From Clostridia bacterium (GTDB lineage: Bacteria > Bacillota > Clostridia > Oscillospirales > CAG-272), in contig JAFULC010000044.1 of NCBI GenBank assembly GCA_017483305.1, positions 127,866 to 191,865 on the forward strand: a stretch of 64,000 bases of DNA, in the 5' to 3' direction. Below are positions 9,556 to 18,000 of the stretch, piece by piece; position 1 is the first letter of the stretch; each line of letters begins with the position of its first letter. A program made the position numbers and the translations under genes. The notes beneath the pieces are model-generated. The model was not told the DNA's origin. It did not search any database and saw only the letters and a list, made by a program, of their open reading frames with translations.

Positions 9556-9762
9556 ATGGAACAGAAAATAATTGAAATTATCGCGGAATATCAGGGTCGC
9601 CCTGTTGAGAACTACAGACCCGACCAGAAATTCACCGAAATGGGTCTCGACTCGCTTGACCTTGCAGAGCTCGTGATCCAGCTGGAAAACGAGGGCATGA
9701 CCGTGGAGCTTTCCCCCGAGATCAACACCCCCGCAAAGCTTGCTGAGGCAATTCAGAAATAA
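9556..9762 (+). CDS. Acyl/peptidyl carrier protein (phosphopantetheine attachment site)
   Basis: 68 aa. MGLDSLDLAELV contains the DSL serine motif. Monocistronic, with its own promoter and terminator. Confidence 0.8.
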   Translation: MEQKIIEIIAEYQGRPVENYRPDQKFTEMGLDSLDLAELVIQLENEGMTVELSPEINTPAKLAEAIQK

Positions 9763-9771
9763 TATTGAAGC

Positions 9772-9807
9772 AAAATGGCTTGCTATCGTTTGATAGCAAG
9801 CCATTTT
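9772..9807. terminator. Bidirectional terminator (ACP gene / convergent surface protein gene)
   Basis: AAAATGGCTTGCTATC-gttt-GATAGCAAGCCATTTT. Confidence 0.85.
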
Positions 9808-9816
9808 TATTTGAAA

Positions 9817-11457
9817 TTACTGTTTACTTTTCTTCTTGTCCTTTGCTCTTATGGTAACTACAGATGCAATCGACGCCACGCTTAGCGCCGCAAGCGAGCC
9901 GCAGGCTATATGGAACGGAAGCTCCGAGCCCTTGTCGGTCGGTGTGTTCGTGTCGCCGCCGATGCCTCCGGGCAGAGTGATCTCTGTCCTCGATTCGTCC
10001 TCATCTGAGGTCTCGCTGTTCGTGGTCTCTTCTGTTATTTCCTCGGTGGTCTCCTCCGAGCTATCATGGGTAGTCTCCTCGTCGTTATCGTATTCGGGAA
10101 CCGTTTCCTCGGTCGTCTCTTCGGTGGTCTCCTCCTCGGTCTCCCACGGAAACTCGCCGCCGGTCTCCTCCTCAGTCTCGGTCTCATCGGTGTCGATGCC
10201 CCAATACAAATCTTCACCAAGCGTCAAGGAGGTTAACGCCATTGATACATTTCTTGCAGCAGTCTCATCTGCGTAAAACATAAAGTCGGAGATCTCCATA
10301 TAGTCGCCGAGCGAGCCTCTTGCGCACCAGTCTATGCGAACACCCTCAAAGGTCCTGTCTCCGTCCTCTCGCATCCAACCGTATTTCAATCCCGTGTTTT
10401 CGGGAAGGCCGTCGTCCTCCGCCATATCGAGCACCATTGCGCTCCAGGCGTTAGAGGCGTCATACCCGGTCGATGCCGAGTGGCACACGTATGTGTCCTC
10501 GATCCTTATCATGTCAAACAAGCTTTGCGCATCGCCCGTCAGGGTAAACAGCTCCATAACCGAGCTCGGTATCGATGGAGCTCTGTATCTTATTACGGTA
10601 TAACGGAAATCGTCGGTCGTAAGCGCCGTGATCCCCTTATGCTGCGCATATCCGAGGTAATCAAAGGTGACTCGGGGGTCGTTAAGCTCGGGATGGCTTA
10701 CGTAAGAATAGATCAGCGAGCCATTCGACACGGTGACCCTTGTGTTGACCGGCTCTGCGCCGTATTTCGGCGAATTGAAGAACTGAACGTCGGTCTCGTC
10801 AAAATCGCCGATAGTCTGAACAGGAGGATATATCTCGAGCATCAGCTGATATGCCGCCTCGTGCACCGCCTTCGCATCAGACGAAAGTATTACCGCGGCA
10901 ATATCGCATCGCGTGCCCGCGGGGAACGTGCCGCGCTCCATATAATCAAACCTGAGCTTATACATCTCGCCGCCCCAGTTTTGCTCACGGCTCATATCGA
11001 ACTCCAAAAACTGCCATCCGGTCATTATTTCGTAAAGCGAGTTTCCCTTGGCATCCTCGCCGTAATGCATATCCGCAGGACCTCTGGTTCCCGTATGGTG
11101 GTAAATGCCGAAGTTGACGGGATCGGTAATATCTGCGTATGTCAGAATTGCCACGTATTTATACTTGCTTGCGCTATATCCCGTCATATTCACGGAAACA
11201 AAGCCGTCGTTATGGTCGGTCGTAAAGGTCAGGTTAACAACAGGAAAGCCGTCGCGGGAGTCAAGCGTGAAGGATGTAGCCTGTGGATTGCTCATTCTTC
11301 CCAAGAGCTCATCCGCGCGCAGAATAACGTAAGGGCTCTCGCTTTCTCCGCCGTCCGCAAGCGCGGGAAAGCAGGACAGTACTCCTATAAGCAACAAAAC
11401 CGACAGTATTACCGCCGTTATTTCGCGCATTCTCTTTTTTGCTACGTCCTTGTTCAT
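9817..11457 (-). CDS. Secreted, C-terminally membrane-anchored protein: two copies of the KY..I.YR...W....D... module, an acidic Thr/Glu-rich stalk and a TM anchor
   Basis: 546 aa. N-terminal signal peptide. Modules lie around ASKYKYVAILTYADI... and FRYTVIRYRAPS.... The ETTEETTEET stalk is followed by the C-terminal hydrophobic helix PFHIACGSLAALSVASIASVV plus KDKKKSKQ. Confidence 0.7.
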   Translation of the reverse strand: MNKDVAKKRMREITAVILSVLLLIGVLSCFPALADGGESESPYVILRADELLGRMSNPQATSFTLDSRDGFPVVNLTFTTDHNDGFVSVNMTGYSASKYKYVAILTYADITDPVNFGIYHHTGTRGPADMHYGEDAKGNSLYEIMTGWQFLEFDMSREQNWGGEMYKLRFDYMERGTFPAGTRCDIAAVILSSDAKAVHEAAYQLMLEIYPPVQTIGDFDETDVQFFNSPKYGAEPVNTRVTVSNGSLIYSYVSHPELNDPRVTFDYLGYAQHKGITALTTDDFRYTVIRYRAPSIPSSVMELFTLTGDAQSLFDMIRIEDTYVCHSASTGYDASNAWSAMVLDMAEDDGLPENTGLKYGWMREDGDRTFEGVRIDWCARGSLGDYMEISDFMFYADETAARNVSMALTSLTLGEDLYWGIDTDETETEEETGGEFPWETEEETTEETTEETVPEYDNDEETTHDSSEETTEEITEETTNSETSDEDESRTEITLPGGIGGDTNTPTDKGSELPFHIACGSLAALSVASIASVVTIRAKDKKKSKQ

Positions 11458-11475
11458 ATTCCTACCTCTTAAAAT

Positions 11476-12390
11476 TTATTCGTATGAGCCGATCGGCTCG
11501 ATCTCCGATCCGCTTACCAAAAAGCAATACTTTTCTTCGGATACGGTCACTTCTCTTGCAGAATAAGCAACCTGCCGTATTCCAACGCAGAATTGCTCAC
11601 GCATCGGCAGGAAAATAATGACCGAATATTTTTGCTTTTCGTCCGCCTTGGCAGGCAGAATGCAAGTGACCGTATAAAATTCGGTTATATTTTCACAACT
11701 GACCGAAATCTCAGCGCCCGCCGCAAAACTGTCTTTTTCGGCAAAGCCCGAAAGACTCAGAGCACAATACCCGTCAAAAATCGTGCCAAAATCTATCCAA
11801 TCCGCCACAATTGCGGCAGTATTTGTTTCCTCATTTTTGTCCTGATTCGGTTTTTCGTCAAGCTCAAGCAAAACACTCTCATCCTCAAAGCCAATCTCGC
11901 TGTATCCGTTATCCGACAGGAAATACGACGACTCGACCGATACGGCAAACTCAAGAAAGCAAGCCTCCGTTAAGGTGTCGGGGATGTAATCTTCGTTTAT
12001 CGCAAAGAAAAATCTGCACCAGCCATCGCTCTCAAAATTCTCTTCCCCGTCAACAAGAAATCTCAACCTGCCGCCCATATCGGTGCAGGAGACGTTAGCC
12101 GATTCTTTCATGCCGTCACCCTTGGCAAAGGTCAGAAACGTGAGCTTTTCCGAGTCGTAAAAAAGCGTTGCCAGCACGCCGCAAATTACTTGCGCCGAGC
12201 CCACCGAAATCTCGACGTATCTGCCGTCATCGGATAGCGACACGGTCACAATCAACCGTGAACTTTCACTGTTTTTCTCTGCCTCGCCGTCGGCGGAAAG
12301 ACATCCAACCGTCAGCTTTCCGAACAAAATCATACCTGCGAGGACAAGCATCGCGAGCTTAAAACAATACCTATTAAAATTATATCTCAT
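11476..12390 (-). CDS. Secreted/lipoprotein-like protein with a cohesin-like N-terminal beta domain (weak)
   Basis: Start set at ATG 12390 (MRYNFNRYCFKLAMLVLAG..LTVGC signal). The ORF track extends to a TTG at 12450. The VICGVLATLFYDSEKLTFLTF pattern is cohesin-like. Confidence 0.55.
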   Translation of the reverse strand: MRYNFNRYCFKLAMLVLAGMILFGKLTVGCLSADGEAEKNSESSRLIVTVSLSDDGRYVEISVGSAQVICGVLATLFYDSEKLTFLTFAKGDGMKESANVSCTDMGGRLRFLVDGEENFESDGWCRFFFAINEDYIPDTLTEACFLEFAVSVESSYFLSDNGYSEIGFEDESVLLELDEKPNQDKNEETNTAAIVADWIDFGTIFDGYCALSLSGFAEKDSFAAGAEISVSCENITEFYTVTCILPAKADEKQKYSVIIFLPMREQFCVGIRQVAYSAREVTVSEEKYCFLVSGSEIEPIGSYE

Positions 12391-12607
12391 ATTATTGCGA
12401 TTGTCAATACGGTAGTCCAAATTATTCTTTTGTGCAAGGGTTTCCTCCAAAATCTGTTCTTTATGAAAATTTATTGCCGCAAATTTCGTTATATTCCAGA
12501 CTTTGCCTCAAAAAAGCGGGATTGAAAAGCAAAAAATCGGATAAACTAATTTTGCGCCGAACCAAACGGTCAAATTGGCGCAAAGAGACGAATACGGAGC
12601 ACATGCT

Positions 12608-12940
12608 ATGTTAAACAAGAAGATCATCATTTCCGTTATTTCCGCACTGGCGCTGACTATGTGCACAAGCGTTATGTTGGCATCCTGCGGAGGAAACGGA
12701 GACAACATGGGCGGCAACGGATCGGAGTCGACCGTTGAAACCACGAAAAAGGAAACGAACAGCGGTGTTATTGACGAGGTCGGCAGCGGCATCGGCAGCA
12801 TCGTTGACGACGTGACCGACAAGGATAATCTTGAGGACGCCACACACGGCACAACGGAATCTGAATCCGAAACGGAAACCGAAACCGAGACCGAAAGCGA
12901 CAGCGCGCGTCATCACAGAACCTATCCTAGCGGCAAATAA
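12608..12940 (+). CDS. Small acidic lipoprotein (ESESETETETETESDS tail)
   Basis: MLNKKIIISVISALALTMCTSVMLASCGG signal/lipobox. The start was moved to 12608 from the track's 12575. Confidence 0.65.
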   Translation: MLNKKIIISVISALALTMCTSVMLASCGGNGDNMGGNGSESTVETTKKETNSGVIDEVGSGIGSIVDDVTDKDNLEDATHGTTESESETETETETESDSARHHRTYPSGK

Positions 12941-12959
12941 GTCGGTTTTTTCAATTATC

Positions 12960-12989
12960 AGCCGTCTGTCTGAGGACAGGCGGCTTTTT
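12960..12989 (+). terminator. Terminator of the small lipoprotein gene
   Basis: GCCGTCTGTC-tgag-GACAGGCGGC followed by TTTTT. Confidence 0.75.
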
Positions 12990-13100
12990 GCGCTTGTCGG
13001 GTCATACCAAAATAAAGGGCAAGGAGTTGACAAAATTGCCCTATGTTGTTATAATAAAAGTGTAATCTTTATGTCGGAAGCAAAAAGGAGAATTCCCTTT

Positions 13101-14417
13101 ATGATAAAAGTTCACGCGAATTTTAATAAGAGCATCGGCAAGATCAAGCCGATGCACGCGATAAACAATATGCCCACCGTGCCTAACGATTGGAACGGCA
13201 CTCTTTTCGGCAAGCTTCGCGAGGCGAACGTGCCCTACAGCCGTCTGCACGACACGGGCGGTTACTTCGGCGGCGCGCATTACGTTGATATTCCTAATAT
13301 TTTTCCCTGCTTTGACGCGGACGAAAACGATCCCGAGTCCTACGATTTCGCCTTCACCGACGCGCTTCTCTCCGAAATATGCGCCAACGGCATCAAGCCA
13401 TATTACCGACTCGGCGTTTCGATCGAAAATCACCAATACATAAAGCCTTACCATATCTTTCCACCCCGTGACTACGAAAAATGGGCGCGCATCTGCGAGC
13501 ACGTGATCCTGCACTATAACGAGGGCTGGGCAAACGGCTTCCATATGGGAATAGAATATTGGGAGATCTGGAACGAGCCCGACAATCAGCCCGACGTCAA
13601 GGACAACGTGATGTGGAAGGGCTCGATGGAGGACTATTTCAGGCTCTATGAGGTCACGGCAAGGTATCTGAAGCAAAAATTTCCGCAGCTGAAGTTTGGC
13701 GGATACGGCTCGTGCGGATTTTACGCGATAAACTCGGTCGACGTTTCTCAAATTGCAAATTCGTCGTCAAGAACCGAGTATTTTATCGAGTTTTTCGTCA
13801 AATTCGTTGAATATATACGCTCGCGCAAGCTACCGCTCGACTTTTTCAGCTGGCACAGCTACGCGGGAATAAAGGATATGGTCGATTTTGCAAAATTCCC
13901 GAGAAAAGCGCTCGACGAGGCGGGATATACGGACTGCGAGATACACCTGAACGAGTGGAACCCAAGCTTTCATCTGCGCGGCAAGGCAGAGGACGCGGCA
14001 AACGTAATGGCAAATATGATCGCTATGCAGAATTCGCCCGTCGATATGCTGATGTACTACGATTCAAACGTAATGTCTCCCTATTGCGGCATTTTCGATC
14101 CCGTAGGCGGTGGGGTGTTCAAGACCTACTATTCGTTCTATATATTCGGTCAGCTTTACTCGCTTGGAGAGCAGGTCAGATGTGTCGCGGATAGTGGGGA
14201 CGTTTATGCTCTTGCGGCAAAGGGAGAGCAAGGCGCGGCGATAGTGCTGGCAAATCTGAGCGATGCCGAGCAGGAGATTTCACTCTCGATCGATGGGACT
14301 TCGATCGAAAATGCTCGCATATTTGCGGTCGATGAAAGCTGCGAATTTTGCGAGGTTGCAGGAGATGTTGGTAGCATGAGAATTTGTGCCAAGGGCATAA
14401 AATTCATTAAATTGTAA
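13101..14417 (+). CDS. Clan GH-A glycoside hydrolase, GH39-like (beta-xylosidase/iduronidase type), cytoplasmic
   Basis: AAGGAG RBS lies 10 nt before ATG 13101. YWEIWNEPD (acid/base NEP) and HLNEWNP (nucleophile Glu context). No signal peptide. The track's N-terminal extension from 12831 overlaps the upstream gene and terminator. Confidence 0.65.
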   Translation: MIKVHANFNKSIGKIKPMHAINNMPTVPNDWNGTLFGKLREANVPYSRLHDTGGYFGGAHYVDIPNIFPCFDADENDPESYDFAFTDALLSEICANGIKPYYRLGVSIENHQYIKPYHIFPPRDYEKWARICEHVILHYNEGWANGFHMGIEYWEIWNEPDNQPDVKDNVMWKGSMEDYFRLYEVTARYLKQKFPQLKFGGYGSCGFYAINSVDVSQIANSSSRTEYFIEFFVKFVEYIRSRKLPLDFFSWHSYAGIKDMVDFAKFPRKALDEAGYTDCEIHLNEWNPSFHLRGKAEDAANVMANMIAMQNSPVDMLMYYDSNVMSPYCGIFDPVGGGVFKTYYSFYIFGQLYSLGEQVRCVADSGDVYALAAKGEQGAAIVLANLSDAEQEISLSIDGTSIENARIFAVDESCEFCEVAGDVGSMRICAKGIKFIKL

Positions 14418-14499
14418 GATTTTTAAACTTTTGGTTTATTTTTCTACAAATTGTTGCGCGGATGTTTTTGAAAAACACAAATTTTTTCCCAAAAAGGTA

Positions 14500-14528
14500 T
14501 TGACAACGACGGGAGAGCATGGTATAAT
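14500..14528 (+). promoter_or_regulatory. Consensus sigma-A promoter (TTGACA-17-TATAAT) of the 41-aa peptide gene
   Basis: -35 at 14500-14505 and -10 at 14523-14528, both perfect consensus hexamers. Confidence 0.8.
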
Positions 14529-14604
14529 GATACTGAATTATTGGCAGGTGTTACGACTATGCCCTGCACAACAGAGATCGAAACAGATTGGAGATGTACC
14601 CGAT

Positions 14605-14730
14605 ATGAAAAACGAAAAGCTCGTATATTCTGCGCCTTCTATCAAGGTGTCGCTTGTAGAGGAAGACATCCTCACCTGGAGCGAGACAGAGTTCGAAACC
14701 GGTATAGAAGTTCCCGGCGAAGATCAGTAG
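14605..14730 (+). CDS. 41-aa highly acidic peptide MKNEKLVYSAPSIKVSLVEEDILTWSETEFETGIEVPGEDQ, no signal peptide, no Cys
   Basis: GGAGA RBS lies 10 nt upstream. It sits between a consensus promoter and a strong terminator. Upstream in-frame Met codons fall inside the promoter. Confidence 0.6.
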   Translation: MKNEKLVYSAPSIKVSLVEEDILTWSETEFETGIEVPGEDQ

Positions 14731-14745
14731 TAATAAGCATTTAAC

Positions 14746-14781
14746 AAAAAGCCCTGCCTATGTGAGCAGGGCTTTTTGTTT
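14746..14781 (+). terminator. Terminator of the peptide gene
   Basis: AAAAAGCCCTGC-ctatgtga-GCAGGGCTTTTT. Confidence 0.85.
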
Positions 14782-14895
14782 TTCAAGATCGTTTCTCGAT
14801 AAAAAATTCGTCAAATCACACATCTTGCCGAAAACCGCATTGTTTTTCTCGCCTTTTTTGTGAAATGTGGCAACAAAAAAAACCACGCCCAAGGA

Positions 14896-14924
14896 TTGAC
14901 TTAGAGAGCGTTTAGTGATATAAT
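14896..14924 (+). promoter_or_regulatory. Sigma-A promoter of giant protein 1 (TTGACT-17-TATAAT)
   Basis: -35 at 14896-14901 and -10 at 14919-14924, leaving a ~90-nt leader. Confidence 0.75.
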
Positions 14925-15016
14925 TAATAATGTAGCATCGCACAGACAAATATTCCTTTAATATACGGGGATGTGTAGTCTCGCGATAAATTCATTTCAA
15001 CGACAGGAGACAGACT

Positions 15017-18000
15017 ATGAAGAAATTTTTTGCAAAAGCGCTCGCCATTTTGCTAGTATGTCTGTTTGCATTATCGGCGGTTAATTTTTCGATAATCGCA
15101 GACGACAGCTCCCCTCTCGGCGAAAAGCTTGCGGCAATGAACGTAAAAATCAGGGGAAGCAACCGCCTGATGTTCTATTTCACAAACATCGACAACGTTG
15201 AGTTCTTTGAGGTCAAGATCCCTCAGGCAAACGGCTCTGTGGAGGCGTTCAAGATCTACAAGAACAGGCTTACATACGAAAAGGAAAAGGATAGATATCT
15301 GCTCGAAGTGCCCGTTGCAGCGGCTCAGCTCTCTGATCAGGTAACGATTCAGGCATTTGACGCGGCAGGAAAAGCAGGAAAGCTCCGCAGCTATTCCATA
15401 AAGGATTATGCAGACCAGCTTTTTGAGCTCGCCGGCACTAATCCCGACAACGCAAACTATGTCAATGCCGCAAAGGCGGTTGAAGCCATGCTCAACTACG
15501 GCGCCATGGCGCAGATCTTCTTTGACTACGAGACTGATAACTTGGCAAACGCTGGACTTAATACCGACAGCATTACATCCGGCGGCATATACGGAGTTGA
15601 TAGCTCCTACCACGATCCTATCGACAATATCAAATTTACCGAGGTCAGCGCTTATCTCGAGGACACTGTTTCGCTTCGATTCTATTTCGAGTACACCGGA
15701 ACAAGAAAGGATTCTCCCAAGGAGCTTTCCGTTAAGATTGAAGGCACAGAGTATAAGAACGAAGTCATCCGCGATTCAAACGGCAAGTACTACATTCTTA
15801 TAAGCAACATCCCCGCATCGCTTTTCAACAAGCAGTACGAGGTGTGTCTGAGTGAGGATGGAACGAACTATGCGAGCATCAGATACAGCGTGTTCAACTA
15901 TCTTCAGGCAAAGCTGGAGATCGATGACAGCCAGAAATTTGAGGATCTCGCTCATTCCGCGTTCGACTTCTACGTATGGACCAACCAATACCGCGGCAGC
16001 GGCAGCGCAGAGACCGAGTCCGTTACCGTCAATGCGGCAAACGGCTTTGGCTACACAGTAAGCGGTGGCAGAGTTAACGGAACCAACAACAACGGAGCGC
16101 TCGCCGATGACAAAACCGGATTTACCGCAAATAAGGGTGAGACTATCACCATCAAGGTAAACTCGTTGCCCTCCTCCGAGACCTACAGCTTCAAGCTCTA
16201 TGCGTCCGACGAGGTCAAGGTAACGGTAGCAGGCAGCTCTTACGATCTCAGTGCAGGAGAAAACACTATTGATTTGACCAATCCCACAGCTACCGAGATC
16301 AAGGTTGAGGCCGTTAACGGCTCCACTTTCGTGCTCTTCTCCTGCGACACCAGCTCAAACGACACCGGTTATTCCGATATGTCCTCGATAGACTTCTCAA
16401 ACAGAAACAACCTCGACTTTATCGAGTCCGTAAACAATGCAGACCTTTCTTATGACTTCACCAAGGAAGCTGCAAAGCTCAACGTAAGCGCAACCGGCCT
16501 GCAGTTCGCAATCAAGGCGCCCGAGGGTGCTTCCGTTACCGCAGGAAATTATGCATACATCGAGTTCACGTACATGATCCCCGCAAGCTCCAAATTCGTA
16601 GCAACGCAGAATATCTCCTGCCGGGTAGGTGCGAACACGATCGATCTCGGTACCGCGGCTCTGACAGCAGACGGCAGATGGCATACCGCTAAAATTGACA
16701 TTTCGAGCTTCGCTCCCTCCTTGGCAGGAAGCATCGATTCTCTCTGCCTCATCTTCGTCAACGACGATTTGAGCGCAGGACACGAATTTTATCTTAAGTC
16801 TCTTAACCTCAAGGAAGCAACCGATACAAGCATAAGCATCGTTGACGATCTCCTCGGAAAGCTTACCGACGGAGAGTTGGATATTGCAACGAGAGACAAT
16901 AATGGCAATGTTACTGACACATTGGCTGTCAACAAAAATAGCTCCATCGAAAACTGCGATGGATACTTTACCAGAATTGTTGTTGGCAACGGCGCCGAGG
17001 TGACCAAAGACGACGACTCCGTCACATATGACAGATACGTTGGATTTACACTTGGCGGAGAAACCGTAACTGGCAAGTACATGGTAATCAAGTACAGAAC
17101 CGACGCAATTCCCCAGAGGGTGAGATTTGAGGTATTCGCAACCGTAGGAGAAAATACCATTTCAGGCTTTGATAATCCCGAAAAGGAATGCGGCGGTCAC
17201 GCATACGGCGTGGTTTCTGACGGAAAGTGGCACACTCTCGTTATCGACCTTGCAGAGATCTCCGCTGACGTTAAGGCGGCAGGAGACGAGGTAAAGCTTA
17301 ACGACGTACGAATAGACCTCTTTGACTGCTTCAACACCGGCGACATTATCGACATCGCATATATTGGCTTCTGCGAAGACATAAACGCCTTCAGAGCAAC
17401 ACTTGATGAAGGTGAGTACCTCGAATTCAGCGACTGTGAATGGCACGCGTCCGTAGACTCGATCAAGACGGACGAAATCAAAAAAACATCAACCGGATTG
17501 GGCTATGACTTCGGAGCAAACCATCTTGAGAGCGCATCCAACAGAGTTGCTGTCACCCTTAACGGATCAGTTTGGACCTTCGCCGGCTGGTTTATAGTAG
17601 GAAATCAGAAGGTAAGCAATCTTCAGTATTGCGTAACAGAGGAGGACGGCACCGAGCACTGGTTCACCGTCCACGAGTCTACCTCCGGCGCAAACAGATA
17701 CTGTAAGGCAGAGCAAGAGGTAATAAATTACGTAGCGAACACCTACGGGTTCGAGAACTCCGGCGACGCAAAGCGTTTGTATATGCAGACAGACCTTCTC
17801 AAGTACGCCGGGCAGACAGTCCGCATCTCGGTAAGAGCAACCACCGAGGATGGCAACGCGGTCATGCTTTACACCGCCGAGGTCAAGGTTACCGCTCCCA
17901 AGTACAACTCCCTTAACTACGTTCTCACGGGCGATGAGCTTTACAGAGAGATGTTCGGCGGCGACCACGACGCGATCGGACAAATAAACCAAGTTCCTCA

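Noticed and set aside
9990-10200. Apparent tandem DNA repeat (GAGGAGACC / GAAGAGAC units). Likewise the GAA-ACC-GAA/GAG repeats at 12856-12900.
   Set aside because: These are coding low-complexity regions: the Thr/Glu-rich stalk of the anchored surface protein and the ESETETETE tail of the small lipoprotein. They are not non-coding satellites.
12831-13100. N-terminal 90-codon extension of the GH39-like ORF given by the ORF track.
   Set aside because: It overlaps the upstream lipoprotein gene and its terminator. A consensus AAGGAG RBS precedes ATG 13101, where the conserved glycosidase sequence starts.
14431-14604. Longer 99-aa reading of the small-peptide ORF starting at 14431.
   Set aside because: The extension spans the consensus promoter itself (-35 at 14500, -10 at 14523), so it cannot be on the mRNA. 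Only ATG 14605 has an RBS.
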